Positions 37,180 to 48,399 of a stretch of DNA of 64,000 nucleotides are shown one piece after another. Below the pieces are notes generated by a model, which was not told the DNA's origin, ran no database searches, and saw only the letters and a list, made by a program, of their open reading frames with translations. The DNA is taken from contig NC_057719.1 in assembly GCF_004010195.1 (NCBI RefSeq), forward strand, positions 55,634,000 to 55,697,999. The letters are read 5' to 3'. Position numbers and translations under genes: made by a program. How positions within the stretch are numbered: position 1 is the stretch's first letter; the number at the start of each line of letters is the position of its first letter. This DNA is from Chiloscyllium plagiosum. Taxonomy: Eukaryota.

Positions 37180-40100
37180 TTTTTTTTATACACTCATAGG
37201 CATCACTGGCCAGCCAGCATTTATTGCCCATCCCTAGTTGCCTCTAAGAAGATGGTGGCGAGCTGCCTTCTTGAATCACTGCAGTCCACGTCCTCTGGGT
37301 TGACCTAAAATGCCCTTAAGGAAGGAATTTCAGGGTTTTTGATCCATGAAGGAATGAGTATGTATTTTCAAGACAGGATGGAGAGTGACTTGAAGAATTA
37401 CTTGCAGGTGGTGATGTTTTCATGTTTCTGCTGCTCTTGTCCCTCTAGATGGAATGGTCTTGGGTTTGGAAAGTATCATCTAAGGATTTTTATTGAACTT
37501 CTGCAGTGCGTGTTTTAGGTGGACCACACTGTTGCAACTGAACGTTGGTGGTGGAGGGAGTGGATGCTTGTGGATGTGGTGCCAGTCAAGCAGGCTGCTT
37601 TGTCCTGGATGATGTCAAACTTCTTGAGTGTTGTTGGAGTTGCACCCATCCAGGCAAGTGGGGAGTATTCCATCACACTCCTGACTTGGTGCCTTGTAGA
37701 TGTGGACAAGTTTTGAGGAGTCAGAAAGTGAGCTATTTGCTGCAGTATTCCTCGTCTCTGACCTGCTCTGCACCCATTGTGTTCATGTAGTGAGTCCAGT
37801 TGAATTTTTCATCATAGGTAACCCTCAGGATGTTGATAGTGTGAGATTCAATGATGGTAACGTCATTGAGTATCAAGGGGTGGTGGTTGGATTAGGTCAT
37901 TGCTTGGCATTTGTGCGGTGCAAATGATACTTGTCACTTGTCGGTCCAAGCTTGGATATTGTGCAGAACTTGTTGCATTTGAACATGGATTGCTTCCTGG
38001 TCTAAGGACCCATACATGGTGCTGAATATTGTGCAATCATCAGCGAACATCCCCATTTCTGACCTTATGGTGAAGGGAAGGTCATTGGTGAAGCAGCTAA
38101 AGATGTTTGGGCCTAGAACACTACCCTAAGGAATTCCTGCAGAGATGTCCTGGAGCTGAGATGACCGACCTCCAACAATTACAACCATCTTCCTATGTGT
38201 CGGGTCTGACTCCAACCAGCAGAGAGTTGCCCCTTTATACCCATTGATTCCAGGTTTGCTCGGGCTCCTTGATGCTACACTCTGTCAAATGCAGCCTTGA
38301 TATCAAGGGCTGTCACTGTCACCTCCCCTCTGGAATTCAGCTCTTTTGTCCATGTTTGAACCAAGGTGTAATGGGGTCTGGAGCTGAGTAGCCCTGGCAG
38401 AACCCAAACTGGGTGTCACTGAGCAGACTATTGCTGAGCAGGTGCTGCTTGATAGCACTGTTGATGACACCTTCTATCACTTTACTGATGATTGAGAGTA
38501 GACTGATGGAGCAGCAATTGGCTGGGGATGGATTTTTCCTGGGCAATTTTCCACATTGTTGGGGTAGATGCCAGTGTGTTGGGGTAGATGCCAGTGTTGT
38601 AACTGTAGTGGAAGAGCTGGGCTAGGGGAGCAGCAAGTTCTGGTGCACAAGTCTTCAGTACTATTGTTGAAATGTGATCAGGGCCCCATTACCTTTGCAG
38701 TATCCAGTGCCTCCAACTCTTTCTTGATATCACATGCAGTGAATTGAATTGGCTGCAGACTGGTATCTGTGATGCTGGGGATCACTGGAGGAGCTCGAGA
38801 TGGATCATCCACTCACCACTGAAGTATGCTGCAAGAGCTTCAGCCTTAGCTTTTGCAATAACGTAGTAGCTATTCCATCATTGAGATGGAGATATTTGTG
38901 GAGCTTCCTCCTCCAGTGAGTCGTTTAATTACCCAGCATTATTCATTACTGGTTGCAGCAGGACTGCAGAGCTTAGACCTGATCCATTGGTTGTGGGATC
39001 GTTTAGATCTATCACTTGTTGCTTTTGTTGTTTAGAATGCAAATAGTACCGTTTGATAGCTGCACCCGGTTGACAACTCAGTTTCAGGTATGCTGCTCCT
39101 GGCATGCCCTCCTGCACTCTCCCTTAAACCAGGGTTGATCCCCTGGTTTGATGGTAATGGTTGACTGGGGGAATGTACTGTGTCATGAGGTCACAGGCTG
39201 TGCTGGTGTACAATTCTGCTGCTGTTAATGCTCCATAGCACCATATCATTGCCGGATGGATACTCGATCTGATTGAAAAGTCTGTCCCATTTCACACGGT
39301 GATAGTGCCACACAACACAGTGGAGGGTATTCTTAATGTGAAGGCAGAACTTCATCTTCACAATGATCATGCAATGGTCACTCTTACCAACACTGTCATG
39401 GGCAGATACATCTGTGTTCGGCAGATTGGTAAGGATGAGGTCAAGTATGTTCTTCTATCTTGTTGGTTCCCTCAATATCTGCTGCAGACCCAGTCTAGCA
39501 GTTATGTCCTTTAGGACCTGACCAGCTCAATCAGTCGTATTGCTGCTGAGCCACTCTTGATGGTGGACTCTGAAATAACCCCACCCAGAGTACAGTTTGT
39601 GCCCTTTCCTCTCTCAATGCTTCCTCTATTTGTTGTTTGACATGAAAGGGCACTGATTCATCAGCTGAGGAAGAATGATACATAGTAAGCAGGAGGAAGA
39701 TTCCTTACCTATGTTTTACCTGAGGCCATGATACATCAAGGGGTGCAGAGTCAATGTGGAGGACTTCTAAGACAACTCCTAAATGCCACTGGGTTGACAT
39801 CTCTGCTGGGTATCATTCTGTGGTACAGAACATGCCGAAGTATGGTGGTGGTGGTGTCTGGGACAGTGTCCGTAGAGTATGACAGTGTCCGTAGACTCCA
39901 TGAGTATGACAATGTTAAGCTGTTGCTTGTCTAGTCTATGACACATGCTCTCCCAATTTTGGCACTAAGTCCCAGATGCGAGTTTGGAGGACTTTGCAAG
40001 ATTGACAGGGCTGTTTTTGCTATTGCCTTTTCCTTTGTCGAGGTCGATGCTGAGTGGTTGCATTCTCTTGTTGAGACTTTGTATCAATTGATATCATTGA

Positions 40101-40225
40101 GTGGTTTGCTGGGCCATTTCAGAGGGCAATTGAGAGTCAACCACATTGCTCTGAGTTTGGAGTCATATGTCGGCTAGACCAGGTTAGAATGGCCAATTTC
40201 CTTTCCAGAAGAACATTAGTAAATC
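37180..40225 (-). mobile_element. Near full-length decayed LINE (CR1/L2 superclade, distinct from the HER1-type CR1); single APE+RT ORF, no ORF1 visible
   Basis: Minus strand: GLSAKIG/KQQLNIVILMES (~39890-39985), VHHQEWLSS, EPTR.KNILDLILTNL, IGKSDH, PANCCSISLLSIISKVIEG, DTQFGF, ALDIKAAFDRV, QVRSVMEYSPLAWM; 20-bp tandem duplication at ~38557-38597. Confidence 0.9.
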
Positions 40226-40550
40226 TGTGCTCCTTCGTTCTTGATGTTTTGACAAGTAGGAATGTTTCTTCCTGTCTACAATATCCAGCCAGTTCATGAT
40301 TTTGAAAATTTCTTTCAGATCTTCTCTCAGCCTTCTTCTCTCAAGGAGAACAGTTCCAGCCACTCCAGCTGAGGTAGCTGAGGTTTCTCATCCCTGGGAA
40401 TATTCTTGTAGGTCTCTTCTGTAATATTTCCAATGTATTCACACTTACTCAATAATGTGGCACCCAGAACTATGCTCCAGCTGAGGTCTAACAAGCATGC
40501 AATACAAATTGAGCTTCACTTTCTTGCCCTTATACTCAATACCCATCCAT
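40226..40550 (-). mobile_element. CR1 fragment
   Basis: AGATCTTCTCTCAGCCTTCT (RRLREDL), AATGTGGCACCCAGAACT (FWVPH), AGGTCTAACAAG. Confidence 0.75.
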
Positions 40551-40955
40551 GACAAAAAATGCGATGTTGAGACATATTATTTCTATTTGGAGAGTTTAGA
40601 ACATATCCTACACTATGCTTTCTTCATGATTTTTACAGCTAACATGTGAATGCTGCATATTGAATAGACAGTAGATGAAATTACTTGTTTCCTCAACTCA
40701 GTTGTCAAACCTAGAATGGTAATGAGAATCTTTCAATTTCAAGATGGTTTTAGTCTGGTACCTAGCTTACAATTTAAGGAAAGTGTTTTTCATTGACTTT
40801 AGCTTGGTATATCATTTTTCTTATGTATTACTCTGAAACCACCTAACACTCAATAGCTGGTGATTCACAGTTCTGCTCTCATAAAACTTCTTTTCCTACA
40901 TTTACTTTAAACATAATTGTCAGGATCTCTTCTCCTTTTTCCCTCATAGATACCT

Positions 40956-41100
40956 AGGAGAAAGTGAGGACTACAGGTGCTGGAGGGTCAGAGTTGATAA
41001 AGCATGGTGCTGGAAAAAACACAGCAGGTCAGGTAGCACCTGGACTCTCCTGCTCCTCAGATGCTGCCTGACCTGTTGTGCCAGTCCAGGCTTTATCAAT
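40956..41100. mobile_element. Miniature head-to-head inverted PLE terminal-repeat insertion
   Basis: CACAGCAGGTCAGGTAGCA / TGCTGCCTGACCTGTTGTG and TTGATAAAGC / GCTTTATCAA; imperfect TSD CCTCA(T/C)AG(A/C)TACCT at 40942-40955 and 41101-41114. Confidence 0.8.
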
Positions 41101-41919
41101 CCTCACAGCTACCTTATGATTCAATGCTATGTCTTTTATTATTACAGTGCTGCATTTGTTACTGTCTAGTCTGATTCTGAAATTTCAACTTATTCCAGAG
41201 CGCATTCAAGACGACAAGCATCTCTGTTTTCATCCCAAAAGATAACGTTCCTGTTTTGAGTGGAGGTGAAAGGTCCTCATTCAAAACATTGCCCTAACTC
41301 TCTGTCAGGTGATAGCTACCCTGCATTTAATTTCCAGATTTAATCTGAGATTTATCTGATGTGTCCTATCACTGTAAAGAAACCATATAAAAACCAAAAG
41401 AACCACGGATGCTGGAAAACAGAAACAAAACCAGAAATTGCTGGCAAAGCTCAGCAGGTCTGGCAGCATCTCTGAAGAGAAATCAGAGTTAGTCTTGCTC
41501 AATACTGCCAGTAGCTAGGAAAAACTGTTGTCTTTTTTAATGCAGAAAATAGGGTGAGGGAAGGGGAAAGGAGTTAACTATAGGTGGAGATAGTCCAAAA
41601 ACAGAGAAGTTCAGTTGGACAGACAAAGGAGTGGATAATGGTTAACCCAGGAGAAAGAATAGCTACTAATGGGGACTATTAGTGGCTAACAATGGATTGT
41701 GTGTAATATTAGACTGTGTGATAACAAGACCTGGTGTGAGGGGGTTGGGGTAAGTCATGGGAGAAGGTGCCTCAAACGCTAAAATTGTTGAACTCAACAT
41801 TGAGTCCAGAAGGCTGTAGAGTTCTCAAGAGAATGAAGTGCTGTTCTTCTAGCTTTTGCTAGAGCCCACCGTGCCTGAAATAGAGATTTTAACCAGGGAA
41901 CAAGGTAGAATATTGAAGT

Positions 41920-43256
41920 TGAAAATGTGTTGCTGGAAAAGCGCAGCAGGTCAGGCAGCATCCAGGGAACAGGAGAATCGACGTTTTGGGCATAAGCCCT
42001 TCTTCAGGAATGAGGAAAGTTTGTCCAGCAGGCTAAGATAAAAGGTAGGGAGGAGGGACTTGGGGGAGGGGCGTCGGAAATGTGATAGGTGGAAAGAGGT
42101 CAAGGTGAGGGTGATAGGTCAGACTGGGGTGGGGGCGGAGAGGTCGGGAAGAAGATTGCAGGTTAGGAAGGCGGTGCTGAGTTNNNNNNNNNNNNNNNNN
42201 NNNNNNNNNNNNNNNNNNNNNNNNNNNNNNNNNNNNNNNNNNNNNNNNNNNNNNNNNNNNNNNNNNNNNNNNNNNNNNNNNNNNNNNNNNNNNNNNNNNN
42301 NNNNNNNNNNNNNNNNNNNNNNNNNNNNNNNNNNNNNNNNNNNNNNNNNNNNNNNNNNNNNNNNNNNNNNNNNNNNNNNNNNNNNNNNNNNNNNNNNNNN
42401 NNNNNNNNNNNNNNNNNNNNNNNNNNNNNNNNNNNNNNNNNNNNNNNNNNNNNNNNNNNNNNNNNNNNNNNNNNNNNNNNNNNNNNNNNNNNNNNNNNNN
42501 NNNNNNNNNNNNNNNNNNNNNNNNNNNNNNNNNNNNNNNNNNNNNNNNNNNNNNNNNNNNNNNNNNNNNNNNNNNNNNNNNNNNNNNNNNNNNNNNNNNN
42601 NNNNNNNNNNNNNNNNNNNNNNNNNNNNNNNNNNNNNNNNNNNNNNNNNNNNNNNNNNNNNNNNNNNNNNNNNNNNNNNNNNNNNNNNNNNNNNNNNNNN
42701 NNNNNNNNNNNNNNNNNNNNNNNNNNNNNNNNNNNNNNNNNNNNNNNNNNNNNNNNNNNNNNNNNNNNNNNNNNNNNNNNNNNNNNNNNNNNNNNNNNNN
42801 NNNNNNNNNNNNNNNNNNNNNNNNNNNNNNNNNNNNNNNNNNNNNNNNNNNNNNNNNNNNNNNNNNNNNNNNNNNNNNNNNNNNNNNNNNNNNNNNNNNN
42901 NNNNNNNNNNNNNNNNNNNNNNNNNNNNNNNNNNNNNNNNNNNNNNNNNNNNNNNNNNNNNNNNNNNNNNNNNNNNNNNNNNNNNNNNNNNNNNNNNNNN
43001 NNNNNNNNNNNNNNNNNNNNNNNNNNNNNNNNNNNNNNNNNNNNNNNNNNNNNNNNNNNNNNNNNNNNNNNNNNNNNNNNNNNNNNNNNNNNNNNNNNNN
43101 NNNNNNNNNNNNNNNNNNNNNNNNTCCACATATCCTACGAAGAGGCAGGCATAGCTGGGGCCCATGCGGGTGCCCATGGCTACTCCTTTCGTTTGGAGGA
43201 AGTGGGAGGATTGGAAAGAGAAGTTGTTCAGGGTGAGGACCAGTTCAGTCAGTCGA
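41920..43256 (-). mobile_element. Young PLE (family A), 5'-truncated in RT, spanning the gap
   Basis: ELVLTLNNFSFQSSHFLQTKGVAMGTRMGPSYACLFVGY; terminal repeat with hammerhead at ~41977-42011; exact 13-bp TSD AGAATATTGAAGT at 41907-41919 and 43257-43269. Confidence 0.92.
42184..43124. other. Assembly gap (run of N)
   Basis: 941 N characters. Confidence 1.
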
Positions 43257-44049
43257 AGAATATTGAAGTGGCAGGCAACTGGAAGTTCAGGGTCTTTTTT
43301 ACACAGAATATGGGTGTTCTGCGAAGTGGTCACCCAATCTACATTTTCTGTTTCTCCAACATAGAGGAAACCACATGTGAACAGCGAACATAGTAGACTA
43401 CATTGAGTCAAGTGTAGGTAAGTGTATTTGGGTCCTTAGATACTGAGGAGGGAGGAAGTAAATGGGTAAAGAAAAGGGTTGAAGAGCAACAATAGTATTT
43501 TATTGAAAATTCATCAAACAGATTAAGATGAGAAAACAGACAAAATTAATAACAGCTATTTATAGCTCAGGACATTTAAGATCCTACCTTCTCAACTAAA
43601 TAAGTGCAACTGAGCACAATTTTGGAAAATCAAACCAGTAAGACAGGAAATATGTTAAACAAATAAAGATAACAATTTGCACCCATCTCATTAATAATTA
43701 ACAAACTGGCAAAGATAGTAAACTGATAAATTGCATAATCATAGGACAAAACACCAAACGTATGAAATTAGTTTATTGGGTATTGGCATATGAACCCCTA
43801 ACATTAAATCAAAGAATTATAATAAACTTGGAATTTTGTGGAGTTGAAACAATTGCAGAGACATCTAGAAGTGATGGGAGGGTCCCTGTTTCAGGATTGC
43901 AGGCATCTATTCCTGAAGCCCTCAATTGTTGAGTTGCCTGTTCGATCTGCCTGTATTGTAGGGCTATTTGTGCAGAGTCTAGTCAAAGTCTGACTGATTC
44001 ATAGTTCACAGCCCCTCAGAAGAGGCATAAACTATGATCATGAATCAGA

Positions 44050-44348
44050 AACGTTTAAAATGGCTAAAGAAAGTGTTTAGAATGCTTGTCTTCATCACTT
44101 AGACCTTTGAGCATAGGAGTTTAGACATTATGTTGAAGTTGTACAGGACGTTGGTGATGCCTCTGCTGGAGTACTGTGTACAGTTCTGGTCACCCTCTTG
44201 TATGAAGGACTTTATTAACCCAGAGGAGAGTCAGAAGAGATTTACCAGTATGGGACTTGTTAACTGGAATGTAAGCGCTTGAGGGGTATAGATAAGTTGA
44301 CTGGTGGATGTCTTTTCTCTAGAGTGGGGGGTTTCAAAACTAGGGGGC
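44050..44348 (+). mobile_element. CR1 fragment
   Basis: MLKLYRTLV.PLLEYCVQFWSP motif. Confidence 0.85.
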
Positions 44349-44789
44349 AGGAATTGAACCTGCGCTGTAGGTATCATTCTGCATTGCAAACCTCAGCTGA
44401 CAATCTAATTGAGCTAACAAGCCCCTAAAATGTAAATTCATAAATGTTACAGTAGAGACAGATCTTACAAATCAGCTGAGCAATGTACTCAGATTATAAC
44501 TTCTCAAACTCAGTCAAAAAGACCTTTAAAACTTGATCTTGCTTTCAAAGAATTTCAGCTCCTTTCCTTCCCAAAGTTAGCTGAGTGCAATGGACATCAC
44601 CCAAGTTCTAAGGGCAGTGTACATCAAAAATGGTACATGCAGAACCTCCTCAACCTAGTTTGATTGGCATAAATCATAGAAGGTTATCTTCAAGTAACAG
44701 GTACCAGAACCATGTATTTATTTATCCTCAGACTTTGGATTTACCCTCTGTCTACTTCAGGCTGCTTGTATTGCACAAGCCTGTCTTCA

Positions 44790-44886
44790 CATTCCTGATG
44801 AAGGGCTTATGCTTGAAACGTTGACTCTCCTGCTACTCATATGCTGCCCGACCGGCTGTGCTTTTCCAGCACCACACTTTTTGACC
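44790..44886 (+). mobile_element. Solo PLE terminal repeat starting at the hammerhead
   Basis: CATTCCTGATGAAGGGCTTATGCTTGAAACGTTGACTCTCC..CACCACACTTTTTGAC. Confidence 0.85.
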
Positions 44887-44929
44887 GCCCATATTGCACC
44901 ACTGGAATCCTCATCATCTTGTTTGTCTG

Positions 44930-46190
44930 AAAACCTTTATCAGGATACAGTACCCAGATCACTCAGAGTCAGCATGGATTTACAAAAGGGAAGGCATGCT
45001 TGACTAATCTGCTCAGATTTGAGGGTGTAACTAGTAGAGTTGATGGGGGGGAGCAAGTGGATATGGTTTATTTGGGCTTTCAGAAGGCTTTCAAAAAAAT
45101 CCAACAGAAGAGATTAGAATGTAAAATTCAAATGGATGAGATTGGGATAGTGTACAGAAATGGATAGAAAACTGGTTGGCAAGCAAAGAATGGGAATAAA
45201 TAGATCTTTTTCTGAATGCCTGGCAGGGACTTGTGGAGGTACAGCAGGAATTAGTGTTTGGACCCCAGTTATTGACAATAAATATTAATGATTTAGATGA
45301 GGGAATACAATGTAATATCTCTTAATTTTCAATTAGCATAAAGATGAGTGAGACAGTGAACTGTGAGGAGGAGGCAGAGATGCTTCAGTATGATTTGGGT
45401 AAGTGGAGTCAGTGGGTAAATGCATGGCCAATGCAACATAACATGGATAAATGTGAAGCAATTATCTCATAGGCTCTAAATTGAGAAAGGGGAATATGCA
45501 ATAAAATCTGGGTATCCTCACACACCAGTCACTGAGAGAAAGCATGCAGCTAGAACAAGTGATGAAGTTGGCAAATGTATATTGGCCTTCAGACAGATAG
45601 AATTCATGTACGGGGCAGGAACATCTTGCTGCAATAAATACAGGGCCTTGGTAGGATAACACCTGGAATATTGTGTGTAGCTTTCATCTCCTTATCTGAG
45701 GAAGGGTGTTCTTTCTATAAAGAGAATACAACAAATGTTTACTAGACTGATTCGTGAGATGGCTCGCCTGATGTATGAGGAGAGATTGAATCAGTGAAGA
45801 TTATATTTGCTGGAGTTCAGCAGAATGAGAGAGGATCTTATGGAAACTTATAAAATACTAATTCTTCGAGACAGGGTAGATGTAAGAAGGATGTTCCTAA
45901 TGGATGGGCAATCCAGAACCAGACTATGGATATGGGGTAAACCACTTAAGACTATGATGAGAAGATATGTTTCCACCCAGGCAGTATTGAGCCTGTGGAA
46001 TTTGCTGCCACAGAAAGCAGTCGAGGCTAAAATATTGTGTGATTTCAAGGAGGAGTCAGATATCGCACTTGGGGCTAAAGAATTCAAAGGACATGAGGGA
46101 AAGCCAGAACCGGCTATTGAAGGGCTGAACAGGAGAGCAGGTTCAAAGGGCCAAATGGTCTACTCCTATTTTTTATGATTCTATATTCCT
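44930..46190 (+). mobile_element. Decayed CR1 (RT to 3' tail)
   Basis: SQHGFTKGKACLTNLL, GFQKAF, INDLDEG, LEFSRMREDLMETYKIL, tail ATGATTCTATATTCC. Confidence 0.9.
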
Positions 46191-46920
46191 GTGTTTGAAC
46201 GTGGTAAATTTTGTACAAATAAACATTGACCTCGTGTCGAGAGATTACAGAAAAAATAATTTGTTATAAATATTTGAAGATGTCAAAGAAATGAAGTCTG
46301 AACCTTATTGAAGTAAGCATTTTCTAATTCTGGAGCTTCAGACATGCAAAATCAGATCATCCAGCTCTAATGAAAAAAGACTTTATACCTGCCCTGTGAC
46401 CTCTTCTGTCAACGTCTCAAAGTTTATTTGCACAAGATAAAGAGCTGTGCCGAGTTTGAAGTATCTGTTACTATCACTTTCATGTTCTGTCACCTACACA
46501 CTGTAGGGTATATGCAGAAATAGTTGTATTTTTCAGAAGAAGATTCTTTTGATCACCTCATCTTCTTCATTATTTTGTTTAATGGGAAGTCCATGCAGGC
46601 CATTGTTTACATCACTCAATTGTTCTGAAAATAATGCATATTGGATGAGTGTCCATGGAAGAACTTTGAGATGACATGGAGGGTATAAAGGGCCATGGGA
46701 GGTGGTGTGGAGTCTGAGTTGCCCTGAGGGCTGGATGAATGATGGAGATTAGTGCAAGGATTGAGTTGGCATGGAGGAGGCTGTGGAGCATGACAGGGTG
46801 TAAGATGAATTGAGGCAGGCCTTCTAAATATTTAGCCAGCCTCATGGTTGCTTCCGTTCTGCTATCGGGATCCCGAGTGACACAACCGTACTCAACTCCA
46901 TTACAGCTACCCCTCTGCTG

Positions 46921-46950
46921 CTGATGAAGGGCTTTTGCCCGAAACGTCGA
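46921..46950 (+). ncRNA. Minimal hammerhead ribozyme core; predicted cleavage after GUC at 46948
   Basis: CTGATGA-A-GGGC-TTTT-GCCC-GAAAC-GTC; the 5' strand of stem I is absent in this copy. Confidence 0.65.
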
Positions 46951-47012
46951 TTTTCCTGCTCCTCGGATGCTGCCTGACCTGCTGTGCTTTTCCAGGACCA
47001 CTCTAATCTAAC
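46921..47012 (+). mobile_element. Solo PLE terminal repeat starting at an intact hammerhead core
   Basis: Imperfect TSD TACAGCT(A/G)CCCC at 46902-46913 and 47013-47024. Confidence 0.88.
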
Positions 47013-48011
47013 TACAGCTGCCCCAACTATTCCCCATCCAGCTTTACCAAATGCATAAAGTATGAAATTCAGGAGCTTTTCTACAGGGGAGTCAGGAAAT
47101 TTCTTGTTTTGAGTTAGTGACCTTAGTGGCAAAAATCTGGCACTTGTTCTTTTATAATAATATTTCATCCAATCTAACAGCAAGAATTAACAAGGTACCA
47201 TGTTACAATCAAGAAAATAATGAAAGGGCCAAGCCACCAGATTTCCAGTTAATGCACTCCAATACAACAGCATTAAACATCAGATGATCTTATTCCTGAA
47301 TATGAGTAAAGGCCATATGAATCTTGGGGCAATGTTTGAAAAAGCAATGGTGTGCTTTACGGAGATTAAAGTGATGAAGTGTAGCAGACAATTTAGCAAA
47401 AGCTTTGCTGAAACCAATGTAAAATATGTTATACTTTCAAGGAAACTTACAAAATGTTAAGAAATTTTGAAGTTTGAGATTTTAAGGCAATTGGAAAAGC
47501 ATTTTGAAGATTTTGTTAGCCTGAATCAACAATCCGATGCAAAAATAATAACCCACATTTTACTTATCTAAGATTGCACAACTCTTACAGTGAACCATAT
47601 ATATTAAAGACATTTTCTTCAAGTGAATCTGAGTTACAAAACAAAAAAAGTAAGAACCAACCATCAGTAGGGACATTAAAGGTAACAGACATGGACAAAA
47701 GATAAAAGGGTACATCAAAGTGAGGATACTAATTTAGAATTTATCTTTTTCTATTATTTTTGCATCATTATGATTGCACTAACCTGTATAAATTAATAAA
47801 AATTGACACTGAAAGGGGCAATCTGTTTCTCAAGGTTAGAAACCGAAAGATGTTGATTTGAATAAATTGTTTCTATGATGGATGTAATCAGGAAGTTCAC
47901 TGAAGCAGTGAGCAATTCATTTACAACCTGATGTAGTCCAAGCGAGTGAAACATGTTACTACGGTCGGGCATAGATGTACTGTTGGGCAAGTCATGCTGA
48001 TGTGTACATAG

Positions 48012-48106
48012 AGTCGAAAAGTGTGGTGCTAGAAAAGCACAGCAGGTCAGGCAACATCCAAGGAGCAGGAGAGTCAATATTTCAAGCATAAGCCCTTCAT
48101 CAGGAA
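48012..48106 (-). mobile_element. Solo PLE terminal repeat with degenerate hammerhead
   Basis: Minus strand TTCCTGATGAAGGGCTTATGCTTGAAATATTGAC; possible TSD ACATAG at 48006-48011 and 48111-48116. Confidence 0.82.
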
Positions 48107-48399
48107 GCAAACATAGCATACCGTATGTGCTCATGCAAACATACCTGCATGTTTATTATTTCCAAAATATACCTTACTCATAAATTATAAGTACGTAACA
48201 AAACAGGTCAAGTCACGCAACGCAGGAAACACAATTGTAAAAATCACATTTTTCATTTAAGTTTTGTTCTCTTAGATGCTTCCATTCAAATGTAAGTTTA
48301 AAACATTTACCAAACATGACCAGAAACTGTTTATATTCTAATATGAACCAGGTTTGGATTATAATGGCAGAAAGACCAGAGACAATGGCTGCTGCTTGG

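Larger units (their letters stand above)
41388..43470 (-). mobile_element. Older PLE (family D), GIY-YIG end, split by a younger PLE
   Basis: CGFLYVGETE..KKDPELPVACHFNIL at 43257-43410 continues at 41919 downward; terminal repeat at 41388-41492. Confidence 0.8.

Noticed and set aside
36644..37231. 195-aa and overlapping 122-aa ORFs
   Set aside because: No recognisable domain or splice structure, and the minus ORF starts in a LINE tail; likely chance ORFs in AT-rich DNA.
42060..43411. Longest ORFs in the track (322-430 aa)
   Set aside because: They are artefacts of the N gap and of the PLE-in-PLE junction.
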